In this document: in pieces, positions 1 through 10,017 of the stretch
Layout: the number at the start of each line of letters is the position of its first letter
Numbering within the stretch: the stretch's first letter is position 1
Source: Dudresnaya verticillata
Lineage: Eukaryota
Reading direction: 5' to 3'
NCBI GenBank assembly: GCA_977862235.1
Contig: OZ374564.1
Location: 1-64,000 of the forward strand
Length of the DNA stretch: 64,000 bases
Notes under the pieces: generated by a model
Databases searched by the model: none
The model's input: only the letters and a program-made list of their open reading frames with translations
Told to the model about the DNA's origin: nothing
Translations under genes and position numbers: made by a program

Positions 1-3
1 GAG

Positions 4-1535
4 TCCTAAACCCCTAAACCCCTAAAACCCCTAAACCCCTAAACCCCTAAACCCCTAAAACCCCCTAAACCCCTAAACCCCTCCCCTAAACCCCTAAACC
101 CCTAAACCCTAAAACCCCTAAACCCCTAAAACCCCTAAAACCCCTAACCCCTAAACCCCTAAACCCCTAAACCCTAAAACCCCTAAACCCCTAAACCCCT
201 AAACCCCTAAACCCCTAAAACCCCTAAACCCCTAAAACCCCTAAACCCCTAAACCCCTAAACCCTAAACCCCTAAACCCCTAAACCCCTAAACCCCTAAA
301 CCCCTAAACCCCTAAACCCCTAAACCCCTAAACCCCTAAACCCCTAAACCCCTAAACCCCTAAACCCCTAAACCCCTAAACCCCTAAACCCCTAAACCCC
401 TAAACCCCTAAACCCCTAAACCCCTAAACCCCTAAACCCCTAAACCCCTAAACCCCTAAACCCCTAAACCCCTAAACCCCTAAACCCCTAAACCCCTAAA
501 CCCCTAAACCCCTAAACCCCTAAACCCCTAAACCCCTAAACCCCTAAACCCCTAAACCCCTAAACCCCTAAACCCCTAAACCCCTAAACCCCTAAACCCC
601 TAAACCCCTAAACCCCTAAACCCCTAAACCCCTAAACCCCTAAACCCCTAAACCCCTAAACCCCTAAACCCCTAAACCCCTAAACCCCTAAACCCCTAAA
701 CCCCTAAACCCCTAAACCCCTAAACCCCTAAACCCCTAAACCCCTAAACCCCTAAACCCCTAAACCCCTAAACCCTAAACCCCTAAAACCCCTAAACCCC
801 TAAACCCCTAAACCCCTAAACCCCTAAAACCCCTAAACCCCTAAACCCCTAAACCCCTAAACCCCTAAACCCTCTAAACCCCTAAACCCCTTAAACCCCT
901 AAAGCCCTAAAACCCCTAAACCCCTAAACCCCTAAACCCCTAAACCCCTAAACCCCTAAAACCCCTAAACCCCTAAACCCCTAAAAACCCCTAAAAACCC
1001 CTAAAACCCCTAAACCCCTAAACCCCTAAAACCCCTAAACCCCTAAACCCCTAAACCCCTAAACCCCTAAACCCCTAAACCCCTAAAACCCCTAAACCCC
1101 TAAACCCCTAAAACCCCTAAAACCCCTAAACCCTAAACCCCTAAACCCCTAAACCCCTAAACCCCTAAACCCCTAAACCCCTAAACCCCTAAAACCCCTA
1201 AACCCCTAAAACCCCTAAACCCCTAAACCCCTAAAACCCCTAAACCCTAAACCCCTAAACCCCTAAACCCCTAAAACCCCTAAAACCCCTAAAACCCCTA
1301 AACCCTAAACCCCTAAAACCCCTAAACCCCTAAACCCCTAAACCCCTAAACCCCTAAAACCCCTAAAACCTAAACCCCTAAACCCCTAAACCCCTAAAAC
1401 CCCTAAACCCCTAAACCCCTAAACCCCTAAAAACCCCTAAACCCCTAAAACCCCTAAACCCCTAAACCCCTAAACCCCTAAACCCCTAAAACCCCTAAAC
1501 CCCTAAACCCCTAAAACCCCTATAAACCCCTAAAC
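4..1535. repeat. Terminal telomeric array (CCCCTAAA)n = TTTAGGGG on the minus strand; left chromosome end
   Basis: About 1.5 kb of tandem 8-mer with the C-rich strand at the 5' end. Homogeneous from ~290 to 770; 7-mer and 9-mer variants (CCCTAAA, CCCCTAAAA) elsewhere. Confidence 0.97.
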
Positions 1536-1573
1536 TTACTACTTTCAGCACCTCAACCCCATCACGCACGATA

Positions 1574-1621
1574 CCTAAAACCCCTAAACCCCTAAACCCC
1601 TAAACCCCTAAACCCCTAAAC
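1574..1621. repeat. Internal telomeric tract 1
   Basis: About 6 CCCCTAAA units, separated from the terminal array by 38 bp of unique sequence (1536-1573). Confidence 0.95.
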
Positions 1622-1952
1622 GTGACCTTATCAGCCACGACATAGCTGGTTCACGGAAATCTATGTCACAGTTGCATTGCCGTAGAAGCGCGACACATCC
1701 CGAGAGCCACCCGCTGACTAAACCATCTCCGAGACAACCTTTGGTACCGACACACTCGGCGCCGTTGAAAGAGAAGGTAACATTTTTTCCTACGCCGGCA
1801 TGCATCGTTCTGTGCCCAACATAATGGCACTTTCTGTTCAGACACCAAACCATGCCTTCTCCAACTCTTTGAAACCTCCGGGCCAGACGACGACGAACTG
1901 ATCCTGTTCCAACGCTTACGCGCCGCGCTCCACATCGACTACAAGCACGCAT
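1621..1952 (-). pseudogene. Telomere-truncated ORF with an N-terminal CxxC (MRACSRCG...), unknown product
   Basis: ATG at 1952; the frame stays open until it enters the telomeric tract, which supplies the stop. Confidence 0.35.
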
Positions 1953-2104
1953 GATCGTAGAAGCTCAGTTCTCTTCCTCTCTCCCTCTCCATCCCCTCAG
2001 CTGAGTGAGAATATAGACCACTCGAGCAGACCTTTAGAGCTGAACTCCGAGACCAAGGTTGTGCGAATCGTGTCCATGCTGTAGTGCTAGCAACTGCGCC
2101 TCAA

Positions 2105-2376
2105 TGAAGCAGCCAATTAAAAACCCCGTTCATCCGGGAACCCTGTTATGAACAGGCTTTCTGATTGGTGCGATTAGGGGCTAACCGTATGCTCGTGGCG
2201 CCCCACTGAAGCAGCCAATTAAAAATCCCGTTCATCCGGGAACCCTGTTATGAACAGGCTTTCTAATTGGTGCGATTAGGGGCCAGCCGTATGCTCGTGG
2301 CGCCCCACTGAAGCAGCCAATTAAAAATCCCGTTCATCCGGGAACCCTGTTATGAACAGACCTTCTGATTGGCGCG
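2105..2376. repeat. 102-bp tandem repeat, ~2.7 copies, with internal hairpin potential
   Basis: TGAAGCAGCCAATTAAAAA.CCCGTTCATCCGGGAACCCTGTTATGAACAG recurs at 2105, 2207 and 2309. Confidence 0.9.
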
Positions 2377-2731
2377 TCCCACAGCCGCCTAAACCTTATT
2401 GTCGTCCTCTATGTCGCAACATAAGTTATCTGCGATAATGCAACCGAGAAGTCAGCTCTGCTCCTGGACAAGGTGGAGTAGGTAGAACGCAAGCGCGCAA
2501 AGCCCGAAAGATATTTTCGCTCACACTGCAGGCGTTGTCGCCGTTGTCGCCACGTCTGCCGCCACAACGACTGCGCGTAAATACGGGGGGCAATATGGCG
2601 GTAGAGAAGTGTAGCTTTATCCACGAAATGCAACTATAATCACCAAGCATCGCGGCCTTTGCCGGCGGGAGAAGCGCAAGTGGCCCTTTTTTCACTTGTT
2701 TTGCAAGGATGGCTACGGCATACCTTGAGAG

Positions 2732-3691
2732 CTAATTACCTGGTCCCTCCTGGTCCTCACAAGACATGGTTCCATCAATTTCTGCAATCTTCTTCCGCAT
2801 TTCCGCCTCGAAAAACGGATCATTCGCTATGGTCCGTGCTCTCTTGAAGTGCCTCTTGGCGGAATTAAGATCCTTCTCGCATCCCTGGCCCTTGAAGTAC
2901 ATCTCCCCTAACTTATTGCAAGCGTCGTATAAGTCCGCACGAGGGAGCGCCCGAGCATCAAGCTCCACAAGGAGCTCGAGTATTTTCTTGGCACGGAGAT
3001 AGTCCGGAGCATCAATCCCCTCGCCCTCGTACACCATGAAGGCCAGTGTTTTCAGAGGTTGAAAGTCTCGCTTGCCTGAAAAACCCCTTAGCTCTGCGGC
3101 TATCTCGTAGAGTGGTAGTGCTCGAGCCGTGTCCTTGGGACAGCAGTGTGTTCCCCTGTGAAAGCTCTTCGCCAGCATCAGACTTGCGTGGTACCTCTCC
3201 TCGCCCTCACCGCTCCTGATCACGCGTTGAAGGAGGGCAGTTCGATCTGTGAGTGGATGCGCTATCGAGCCAAACTTGTTTTCATCCGAGAAGTGCACAT
3301 AAGCGACAGTAGCCTTCAAGTCACCACGGTCGAGTCCATCCGCCAACAGTCGAATACCTCGGATCAATTCCGTCTTCCCGAATTTGTTGTCGCGGTTCTG
3401 AACATACAGATTGGCAAGGGCATGTGCAGCTAACAACTCCTGCGGATGCTCTTGAAGGACATTTTCGAGAATCCCTGCAGCGCGTCTGGGATCCAGGTGC
3501 TCGCCATATGCCAGTACGAGAGCAACATTGAGGTCAACTTCCTTCTTCTCCATATGGTCCTCTGCCAAATATGTAAGGAAGTCGCTCTCTGAACAAGGTA
3601 TGGACGGGGTCTCGATCGGTAGGCTGCAAATCGCCATCTCACAGACCCAAGTCTTACGGAAAGCGCAATTACGGAACTGAGCCAAAGACAT
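2732..3691 (-). CDS. Sel1-like (SLR/TPR) repeat protein
   Basis: Intronless ORF (open to 3751, first ATG 3691). Sel1 motifs LAKSFHRGTHCCPKDTARALPLY, LAFMVYEGEGIDAPDYLRAKKIL and ACNKLGEMYFKGQGCEKDLNSAKRHFKRA. Confidence 0.75.
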   Translation of the reverse strand: MSLAQFRNCAFRKTWVCEMAICSLPIETPSIPCSESDFLTYLAEDHMEKKEVDLNVALVLAYGEHLDPRRAAGILENVLQEHPQELLAAHALANLYVQNRDNKFGKTELIRGIRLLADGLDRGDLKATVAYVHFSDENKFGSIAHPLTDRTALLQRVIRSGEGEERYHASLMLAKSFHRGTHCCPKDTARALPLYEIAAELRGFSGKRDFQPLKTLAFMVYEGEGIDAPDYLRAKKILELLVELDARALPRADLYDACNKLGEMYFKGQGCEKDLNSAKRHFKRARTIANDPFFEAEMRKKIAEIDGTMSCEDQEGPGN

Positions 3692-4051
3692 ATTGTGGTC
3701 GAACCGAGGATACCGCGATAGTAGTAGCAGCTGAGAGTGGAGTCGATGCAATACAACAGTTCACTGATGACTTGTTGCGCGGGTATTTGTACGACATGCG
3801 CAGCAGCGGGGGCACCGGACGCGAACTAAAGTTGCGAAATTGGCGGCACGGTCGTCGGGAGCGGACGAGGATTGACGCCATTTCGATTCGAAAACAATGC
3901 CATAGTGAATATCCAAAAAAAAGATATATTTACGAGCGCCAGGACCGCCAGTAACAGGTTCTATATGTTTCTAGTCCTACATTTGTAGTCCATTCACAAC
4001 AACAGTTACAAGGCTTTCGAGGACGCAAGGACGCCTCGATGCTCTACGATA

Positions 4052-5248
4052 TTACGTCTTCTGCACCTTTTGAGGCAAGTTCTGAGCTGATCTCGGCAGT
4101 TCGCGAGGACCAAGGACGGATTCCAACGATGTAGCTGGTAGTCGGAGAACGTTCTCAAGAACCACCTCGTTCAGGACCGCGGCATTGCAGCTTTGGTCTC
4201 CTCGCCGCCTGTTCAGCCAACTTACTCTCTGAGTTGAGCTCTTAGGCAACGAATTGTTCGGGCCAATGGCACTTATCTTCAGCATACTGCTAATGATGAA
4301 TACCGGGACCTCAAGTATGGCACCTGCGAAGCCCCACGACACGCTATTCTTGTGCTCGTCCATCGGAGAACACAAGCACATGTCCATACTCATTCGGAGC
4401 TCATTCCTGCCCATTCGATGCCCAACGGACAATTCTAACACGCTTTCTCCCTCATTACACAGCACGACCGTAGGGCTACCTCTTCGGTCGTCTTCAACTA
4501 CCCCAAGATAGAAACCGGCCAGAACTGGACTGTATACCTCTCTAATCTTCTGCCGCTGCGCAACATTGAGATTATTCTCGTGAAGGAACTTGAGCCAACT
4601 TCGAAGGTCTCGAGGAACGCCAGAAGGGTACCAGACCCAGCACATTGAAGTACTGCCCAACTCCCCACAGACGCCCAGTGCTTCCTGCTTATTTAAGCTA
4701 AGTGCGTTCAGATTCACACCAGGTTCCAACATACACTTGAATAGCAGCTGGGTAGTTGTGCAGTGGCGATAAGCAAGCGCGGCAACCCAACGCATGCACT
4801 CCAATCCTTTCCTTGTGATCGGGTCTTCTGATTCACGCAAATTGACCCAGCGAACCGTTGTAGTGTGCCCGCTCTTGCACAAAAGCGGCACGGCGTCCGG
4901 TAAACCCTCGGAGGATGCCTTTGCGAGAACCCTTCTGTTTTCTTCTTCATGACAGGTTCCTCTGTAGCGCCACTGCCCTGCTCTAGTGTTGATGAAAACG
5001 GTGTTTCCTTTCACGACGAGGGCACCCGAAAGAACCAAGGGAATTTCCCCTTCCTTGAACGGCCCAATTATTGTCACAAGCGGTAATAACCCTGTTCTTC
5101 GGTACGTTTCGACGTCATGCTTCAACCGCACTGCATCTGGTAGCGATTCACAGTTCGGGAGAGCCCCTACTGTGCCTGGATTTGAATAGTGTGTGACCAG
5201 GACATGTACCGGCTCGTCCTTTGAAGGGGCTTTGAAAACGCAAAACAT
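4052..5248 (-). CDS. Hypothetical protein (398 aa)
   Basis: Long ATG-initiated intronless ORF, co-oriented with its neighbours; no motif recognised. Confidence 0.6.
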   Translation of the reverse strand: MFCVFKAPSKDEPVHVLVTHYSNPGTVGALPNCESLPDAVRLKHDVETYRRTGLLPLVTIIGPFKEGEIPLVLSGALVVKGNTVFINTRAGQWRYRGTCHEEENRRVLAKASSEGLPDAVPLLCKSGHTTTVRWVNLRESEDPITRKGLECMRWVAALAYRHCTTTQLLFKCMLEPGVNLNALSLNKQEALGVCGELGSTSMCWVWYPSGVPRDLRSWLKFLHENNLNVAQRQKIREVYSPVLAGFYLGVVEDDRRGSPTVVLCNEGESVLELSVGHRMGRNELRMSMDMCLCSPMDEHKNSVSWGFAGAILEVPVFIISSMLKISAIGPNNSLPKSSTQRVSWLNRRRGDQSCNAAVLNEVVLENVLRLPATSLESVLGPRELPRSAQNLPQKVQKT

Positions 5249-5540
5249 GGCCCGGGTGTGTCCAGCAGACGGTCACAGGGTGGGTGGCGCTACTATAGGT
5301 GTGCACGTGCCGTCTGTGGTCTGCGGTCAGTGGGTTTCGCAGCGCGGATAGTAGAGATTGTTGAAATAGGCGGAGCAAGTAGGAATTATAGCGGGAAAAG
5401 TATATTTTTTCCGTCTACCAACGGGCGCGGGGGACAAACTATATTACAACTATGATCTACCAGTACCAACTACTCCCTATCAGGCAGGGGGCGCCCGTTG
5501 CCGCCAGTCATGCACACTCCAGCCCTGCGCGCGCGAACCC

Positions 5541-7085
5541 CTAATTCTTCTTAGAGACGACGAAGAAGAGCTGCATACCGGGTATGCGCAATGATACTCG
5601 ACGAGTCGTAGATTTGAACGCGTCGTCGAGGCTGTTTCTCATCATTCGACCTTCGTTTTGCATCCCGTCATGCAAATAGACCACATCCTGTCCTCGACAA
5701 AGCCCAGTTACAAAATGCTGCTTCCTGGTCGAGAAACTTATCATTGCGGCTATGTCACCCTTCCATGTCGAATCCTCCGCCGCCAATCCTTTACAGAGCG
5801 CATTCCTCACCATGGCCTCATTTTGAACATGAGTAGGTATAGATACAAAGGCCAAACACGGTTTTTCCTTCAAGTGATCAGAAGTGACCAGCTTCTCCAG
5901 GATATAAGAAGCCAGGCCTTTATGATTCGGCCTCCCAAGAACCATCAGTGCTTCCTGGTCCAGAACATCAACTCGGACGCTTCCGCGCGCGATCTCACGG
6001 CTACATCGCGACCCTGTTGATCTCGCCAATATCAACGGGCTGAGTAGCGAGTGACATATGTCCCCAATATCGAGGAATGGCTGTTCACGACTTCTCGCTG
6101 ACCACAGATTTCTTGCATCCCAGTCATGAATGTCACAATAGAACCCGCAAAGGTCGTACAGTAGATCACGTGCTGCTGTTGAGATTGCCATCTGTTCCTT
6201 TGTGCTTTCCGCAATATTGATGATGCGCATTGCGGCAAACAAACTGGCTAAAGGGGATGTATATGTAGGCGAGAGAACCAGATCCTCACCCTGTCTGTAC
6301 ATTCCGTGATCGAAACAGGCTTGAATCAGGCGAGGCACTACCATTAGAACTGCATCAAGAGCACAGGAGTTGTTTTGCCAGCGGATCCATTTTCGGCCGG
6401 TGTCAAATGACTCTGCTGGGTCACGGACTAGGTGCTCAACGGCTGAGAGACCTCGCTGCCGGAGTACTCTCATCTGCTCCCGTACAAAAGCAGTCTGGCA
6501 ACGGCCAATGATCTCAGTGAACCTTCCCTCATCTTCCTGCCTAAGCTCCTCCAAAACCGTATCCGGAATCATCCACTCATGCGCTTTGCGGCCCAGCTTC
6601 TCGAGAAACTCCTCCTTTATCCACATCCATTGATACAATCCCATTCGAGGTGATAGCAGAAACCAGAGATCGGAAGCAGACCCGGTTCCGTACCCACGCT
6701 TGAATAATTTTCCCGCTTCCTCCTTTGCATGAAGGAAAAACGGATTCCTACCGAGCCTGGAAAGAATTGCAGATGCAGTACTACTTCCCGATACATGCTT
6801 TCTCTGGTACTTGGACGTTTTGTGTCCCTTGAAGCGCTGACGCTCCACACGACCAGCCCGATTCGCCTTCGGCTGGCGCTTAGCCTGCACACGACCAGCT
6901 TGACTCGCCTTCGCCTCTACCAGTGCGGCTTCTAGTTCACTTCTCCTCTTCTCTGCAGCCTCCTCAACCCATTTTCGGCCGAATAGCAGCTCACACTGTT
7001 CAGGATGAACAATTGTTCCTTTCGCATACACATGAAGCACTGCCAGCAACGCAGGGTCCAGACCCTGGACATTCTCCAGCTCCAT
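5541..7085 (-). CDS. USP-like (papain-fold) cysteine protease with a basic N-terminus
   Basis: Cys-box-like WQNNSCALDAVL and His-box-like QHFVTG...VYLHDGM. ORF is open to 7109, first ATG at 7085. Confidence 0.6.
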   Translation of the reverse strand: MELENVQGLDPALLAVLHVYAKGTIVHPEQCELLFGRKWVEEAAEKRRSELEAALVEAKASQAGRVQAKRQPKANRAGRVERQRFKGHKTSKYQRKHVSGSSTASAILSRLGRNPFFLHAKEEAGKLFKRGYGTGSASDLWFLLSPRMGLYQWMWIKEEFLEKLGRKAHEWMIPDTVLEELRQEDEGRFTEIIGRCQTAFVREQMRVLRQRGLSAVEHLVRDPAESFDTGRKWIRWQNNSCALDAVLMVVPRLIQACFDHGMYRQGEDLVLSPTYTSPLASLFAAMRIINIAESTKEQMAISTAARDLLYDLCGFYCDIHDWDARNLWSARSREQPFLDIGDICHSLLSPLILARSTGSRCSREIARGSVRVDVLDQEALMVLGRPNHKGLASYILEKLVTSDHLKEKPCLAFVSIPTHVQNEAMVRNALCKGLAAEDSTWKGDIAAMISFSTRKQHFVTGLCRGQDVVYLHDGMQNEGRMMRNSLDDAFKSTTRRVSLRIPGMQLFFVVSKKN

Positions 7086-7611
7086 GGCGTGAGTTTCTAA
7101 TGTGAACAACGGGCTAGGAGAGGGGAGGCGGGAAACGGCGATGTGAGGGGGGGGCAGGGCAGGGTGATGGCGATTCTCCGTCTGTTCGTTTCCTCTTTCC
7201 CGGCGGTGTCTCTCTGACCGACCATTTAAATACGGCCCTTTCTCTCACACGGCAAAACAATTCGGGAAACTTCCAACTGCGTGTCAGTCACGTACTACGG
7301 TATAACAACGCAATTTGGCATAACTTTTAATTTTTTGCGGGGTACACCGCAGCCGGTCCAGAATTTCATTATCCTCGGTTGCGATGCAGAATCCCGGCAT
7401 CTCGCCCTGCCATGGCCCTCGCTCCCTTACCGTAACGGATTGGTATTAATGGCTGCGTACATCACGAATGAACCCTCAGCAGCAAAGCAAAAATCCCACA
7501 TCACACTTCAGTCCCGGAAAGCACCATATTCCACCAATTCTGTAGTTACGGATAATCCACCATTCATGTAGTTAAGCCCCAGGGCAAATTACTAACGTTT
7601 CCTCTCAAATC

Positions 7612-8205
7612 GCCTTCCCGATTCCGGCTTTCGCACAATGACCCTCTTAGCACATTCCTAAGCCCCATGCCTCACACTGAACGCCCGAGACTGTACAAAA
7701 AGTCGAACAACCCTTAGAAACCCTCCCAGGAGCCCCGAAACGATCCCGCAGTCCCCGCTTCGTTTACGCTTACTCCCCAATTCCGTTCCTTCACATCCAA
7801 ATAGGCTAGTGCCCGCCTTCGCATTTCTAAGCCCCATGCCTCACGCTGAACGCCTAAAAACCCGCCTTCGCAGTTCTGAAGCCCGTGCCCCACGCTGAGC
7901 GCCCGAGACTGCACAAGAAGTTGAACAACCCTTAGAAACCGCCCCAGGAGCCCCGAAACGACCCCGCAGCCCCGTTTCGTTCACGCGTACTCCCCAATTC
8001 CATTCCTTCACATTCAAATAGCCTAGTACCCGCCTTCCCAATTCCGGGTTTCGCACCATGACCCTCTTAGCGCATTTCTACGCCCCATCCCTCACGCTGC
8101 ACACCCAACACTCTACAAGAAGCTTATCAACCCTGAGAAACCCTCCCAGGAGCCCGGAAACGATTCCGCACCACCCAGTTCGCTCGCAATGACTCCACAA
8201 TTACG
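7612..8205. repeat. Degenerate ~210-bp tandem repeat, 3 copies
   Basis: CCCTTAGAAACC.(C)CCCAGGAGCCC.GAAACGA recurs at ~7711, 7929 and 8131. Confidence 0.8.
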
Positions 8206-8751
8206 TAACGCGATCCATAAGCCTCTGAGAGCATTCCATACTGTACATACGGTTTCCATTACCCCGGTAAAGTCCCACGTCTCTTCATCTTACAACGTAA
8301 ACCCCTCAAACAGCCAACGCGCAGTTCCTTGCCGCCATTCCACGTGATCCTCTCCTTGACGGCACCACCGTTCCAACGAAGTCTCATTATCGCAAGTGGC
8401 GGACTCGCAACACTCACGCAAACGTTCCGCCTAGCGAAGGAAGTACCGAGCACTACAACACGGTCAACCTAAACCACTTCCGAAAAAAAAACCGTCCGCG
8501 TATCCAGAACCCCGCAAGCCTTTACAAACCTTGCAAGACTGTTTGCTAGGCCAGGCGTCTGTCAGACCCCATGAGGGTTCCCCTCAAGCGGCAACCAAGG
8601 CCCAGTCTAGCCCCATTTCAGCCAGCCAATCACATCGCAGAACATTTACAGTGGTTTGGGGGTGCTTACAGGCCGCCCCGACTGATTTGCGGCCAAGTAA
8701 AAAATCGTGCACAAAATCCCCCCCCCACCAAATCCCCCAAGGAGGGGTAAT

Positions 8752-8780
8752 TAAACCCCTAAACCCCTAAACCCCTAAAC
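8752..8780. repeat. Internal telomeric tract 2
   Basis: TAAACCCCTAAACCCCTAAACCCCTAAAC directly abutting the truncated duplicated block. Confidence 0.95.
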
Positions 8781-10017
8781 ACTCGGATTCTCCACCGAGG
8801 TCTCCACCGAGGTCAAACAACTCTGCTTTTCCACCTCATTTTCACCGTCCGGCCTCGATTGCAACCTTGCAATCTCGGCCGGCACCGTCGGTTCCTCCGC
8901 TAGACTCGATGTCTGCACTGTCTTCTCTATCTCCATGCATACATCCGGCCTCGGCCCCACACCTACAACCTTGGCGAGCGCCATCGCCGTGGTTGTTCGG
9001 ATGTGTTCGGGCACTGGCGGAAAAGAAGATACGTCCGCTGATTCTCGTCTCTTCGTCGGTTTCGGTTGCTCGTTCTCAACCAGGCCAGGAACTTTCGCGG
9101 CACCACTTCTCCTCATGTTCTTCGCCTTTCTTGGGTCCTTTTCTGCACAAGTCTTCCCAATTCGGCGCTTCCTCAGTTTCTTCTTCTTCTCGTACACTGG
9201 AGCCTCATCTTCAGCTGACTGAGCGGCTCTTGTGCGCCTTGACACTCATTTCCGCAGCTTTCTGAATGCTGATCCCAAGCTCCTTCAGTTTCAAATCCGC
9301 CCGTGTGTCAAATGCAAAGTTTCCCATCGCACTCAACCGCGGCTCCTGCGAAAGAACGGAGACTTTTCTCTCCTCCTCAACATCTTCAAGGCAGTGGATG
9401 ATTCCTTGGGCAACACTGTTGGCCACGTCGGATGTAGATCTACTCCCTTCATCACCTTCTTCTCGCACCAGGAAGTATTGTCCAACTTTTTTGAATAGTT
9501 TCTGAGCCTTCACCGGTCGTACTTCTTTTCGAAGATCGGACAAGGTAACGTTCTCCATTGATTGCACGTGCTTCTCGCGGTAATGCTGGTACAGACCCCG
9601 AATGGTAGGGCTGCTATGATGGCATACGCGACACGGGTACACCTCAACCACAGGGAGAAATGACAGTGACCGTACTCTTCCTCTGCATTCATCATTTTTC
9701 ACGGTGGAAAAGTAATGCTCACGTTCCGTCTCGGTGCAGCTCGGTACCACGGAGGCCTTCACCTTCTGCAGGGAAGTGAACAGACCTCGAATTTTCTTCC
9801 CTTCGGCAAGCTTTTCGCATCTCCGAATATGATTGCGAAAGTGTTTTAATTGCTCTTTCCCAAGGTATATCCCAGACCTGCACCTGCGGCAAAATGGATG
9901 TGAGATCTCAGGTATGATGACAACCCCACTTTCCGACAGTCCTTCTTCCGCCTTTCTAAGTTCAGAAACGGACTCAGCTGTTACATCAGCTTCCGATGCA
10001 GTCATCTGGAAGGGCAA
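8781..10017 (-). pseudogene. Truncated copy of the OrsD-like Zn-finger/RecQ (TLH-like) gene; helicase part removed by the telomere tract
   Basis: ORFs 9211-10017 and 8775-9245 match 16135-16941 and the 5' part of 14403-16169. Confidence 0.8.
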
